From a virus, in UHGV virus genome UHGV-0169625: 44,509 nt of DNA, one strand, 5' to 3'. This document shows positions 43,775 to 44,509 of this stretch, piece by piece; the stretch's first letter is position 1; every line of letters begins with the position of its first letter. The position numbers and the translations under genes were made by a program. The notes under the pieces were generated by a model. It did no database searches, was not told where the DNA came from, and saw only the letters and a list, made by a program, of their open reading frames with translations.

Positions 43775-44509
43775 CTACTTGGCGTATCTGTACATTTCGC
43801 TGCCTTCTGCAACCAAAGGGAAGCCTTCTGCCCATTCCGGTAATTCGCACATCAACCGCTCAAGCTCTGCGACATTGTATTCCGGTAAATCTGGCGTCTC
43901 GCAGATAATCTCATCGTGTACGTGAAGTACAATCGGGTAGCCGTTTGCTTCTACGTTCAGCAGTGCATTAGCCAGCAAATCACGGCACAGCGCCTGAGTA
44001 CAGTTTTCCACCAGTTTACCGGAGTAGGTGTACTGGAATCCCCACTGACGAGTTAACTGGTTTTCTCCCTGATACTTGATGCGCACGTTAGTAGACACCT
44101 TTCCATCTTCGTCTGTCTCTTTCGACACGCTCAATCCGACGCCGGGGTAGGACATAACGCGGCCAGACGGCAACGTCATACGCAACCACCAACCGGCGAC
44201 CTTGTTGCCGTTGTTGTCCGTTTCTACGTTGCGCGAAAACTTAACACCCCGCGGCCCTGCAGTGAACTCTTTACCAGGATTGCGGATGGCCGCCATAGCC
44301 GCGTCTTCAATATCGCGCCAGAATTGTACTATCGCCGGATTGGCCTCTCGGTACATGCGTTTCAGAGCGTCACATGTTCTCCATACTTTCTTATCAAGTA
44401 TATATGATGGTCGGTCATCCTTTTCACCAGGACGCGGTGGTCGCTTGGCGTCCTGAATACGCGCCCACTAGTAACCGCGTGCGGTAGCCCCCCAAATATG
44501 GTCCGGGAA
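43775..44509 (-). CDS. DNA polymerase, family A: C-terminal part incl. motif C; runs off right edge; in-frame TAG at 44468-44470
   Basis: frame of track ORF 43775..44356 (YPIVLHVHDEIICE = motif C) stays open upstream to a TAG at 44470-44468 and again to the window end; same frame as the N-terminal part at the left edge if the window is circular. Confidence 0.75.

Noticed and set aside
1-44509. Integrase/attachment site, tRNA genes, CRISPR array, reverse transcriptase (retron or DGR)
   Set aside because: No recombinase or reverse transcriptase motifs were seen in any ORF, no T-loop GTTCRANTC cloverleaf candidates, and no regularly spaced direct repeats; the diverged helicase repeat does not show adenine-specific substitutions expected for a DGR

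Overview
The window reads as an essentially complete ~44.5-kb tailed dsDNA phage genome of siphovirus type (tail assembly chaperone with -1 frameshift, tape measure, tail tip and tailspike genes), with sigma70-like promoters and Shine-Dalgarno sites typical of enteric hosts. Both window ends lie inside one family-A DNA polymerase gene on the minus strand (N-terminal part 1446->1, C-terminal part 44509->43775, same reading frame, identical 6 nt CGGGAA at both ends), so the record is most likely a circularly permuted genome opened within the polymerase gene. Layout: (1) a minus-strand replication/recombination block spanning the junction (39.06 kb -> wrap -> 7.5 kb): TOPRIM protein, SNF2 helicase, Dcm-type C5 methyltransferase, VRR-NUC nuclease, HNH endonuclease, PolA, SSB-like protein, Cas4-like PD-(D/E)XK nuclease, prim-pol/ATPase and small HTH proteins, with one embedded plus-strand XRE-type HTH regulator; (2) a plus-strand early block of about 30 small ORFs (8.0-14.8 kb) containing the holin/endolysin cassette; (3) a plus-strand packaging/head/tail block (terS, terL, portal, head morphogenesis, Ig-like proteins, Rz/Rz1 spanins, scaffold, capsid, connector and tail proteins, TMP, tail tip, tailspike); (4) a five-gene antisense island (26.56-28.69 kb) inserted between the major tail protein and tail chaperone genes. 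No integrase, tRNA, rRNA or CRISPR array was found, so the phage is probably virulent. Most notable: a recurring palindromic operator embedded in early promoters, an HTH-metallophosphoesterase in the antisense island, interrupted polymerase (in-frame amber codon) and helicase (diverged internal duplication) reading frames, and two candidate small RNAs/leaders. All family assignments are from motifs read by eye; no database search was run.
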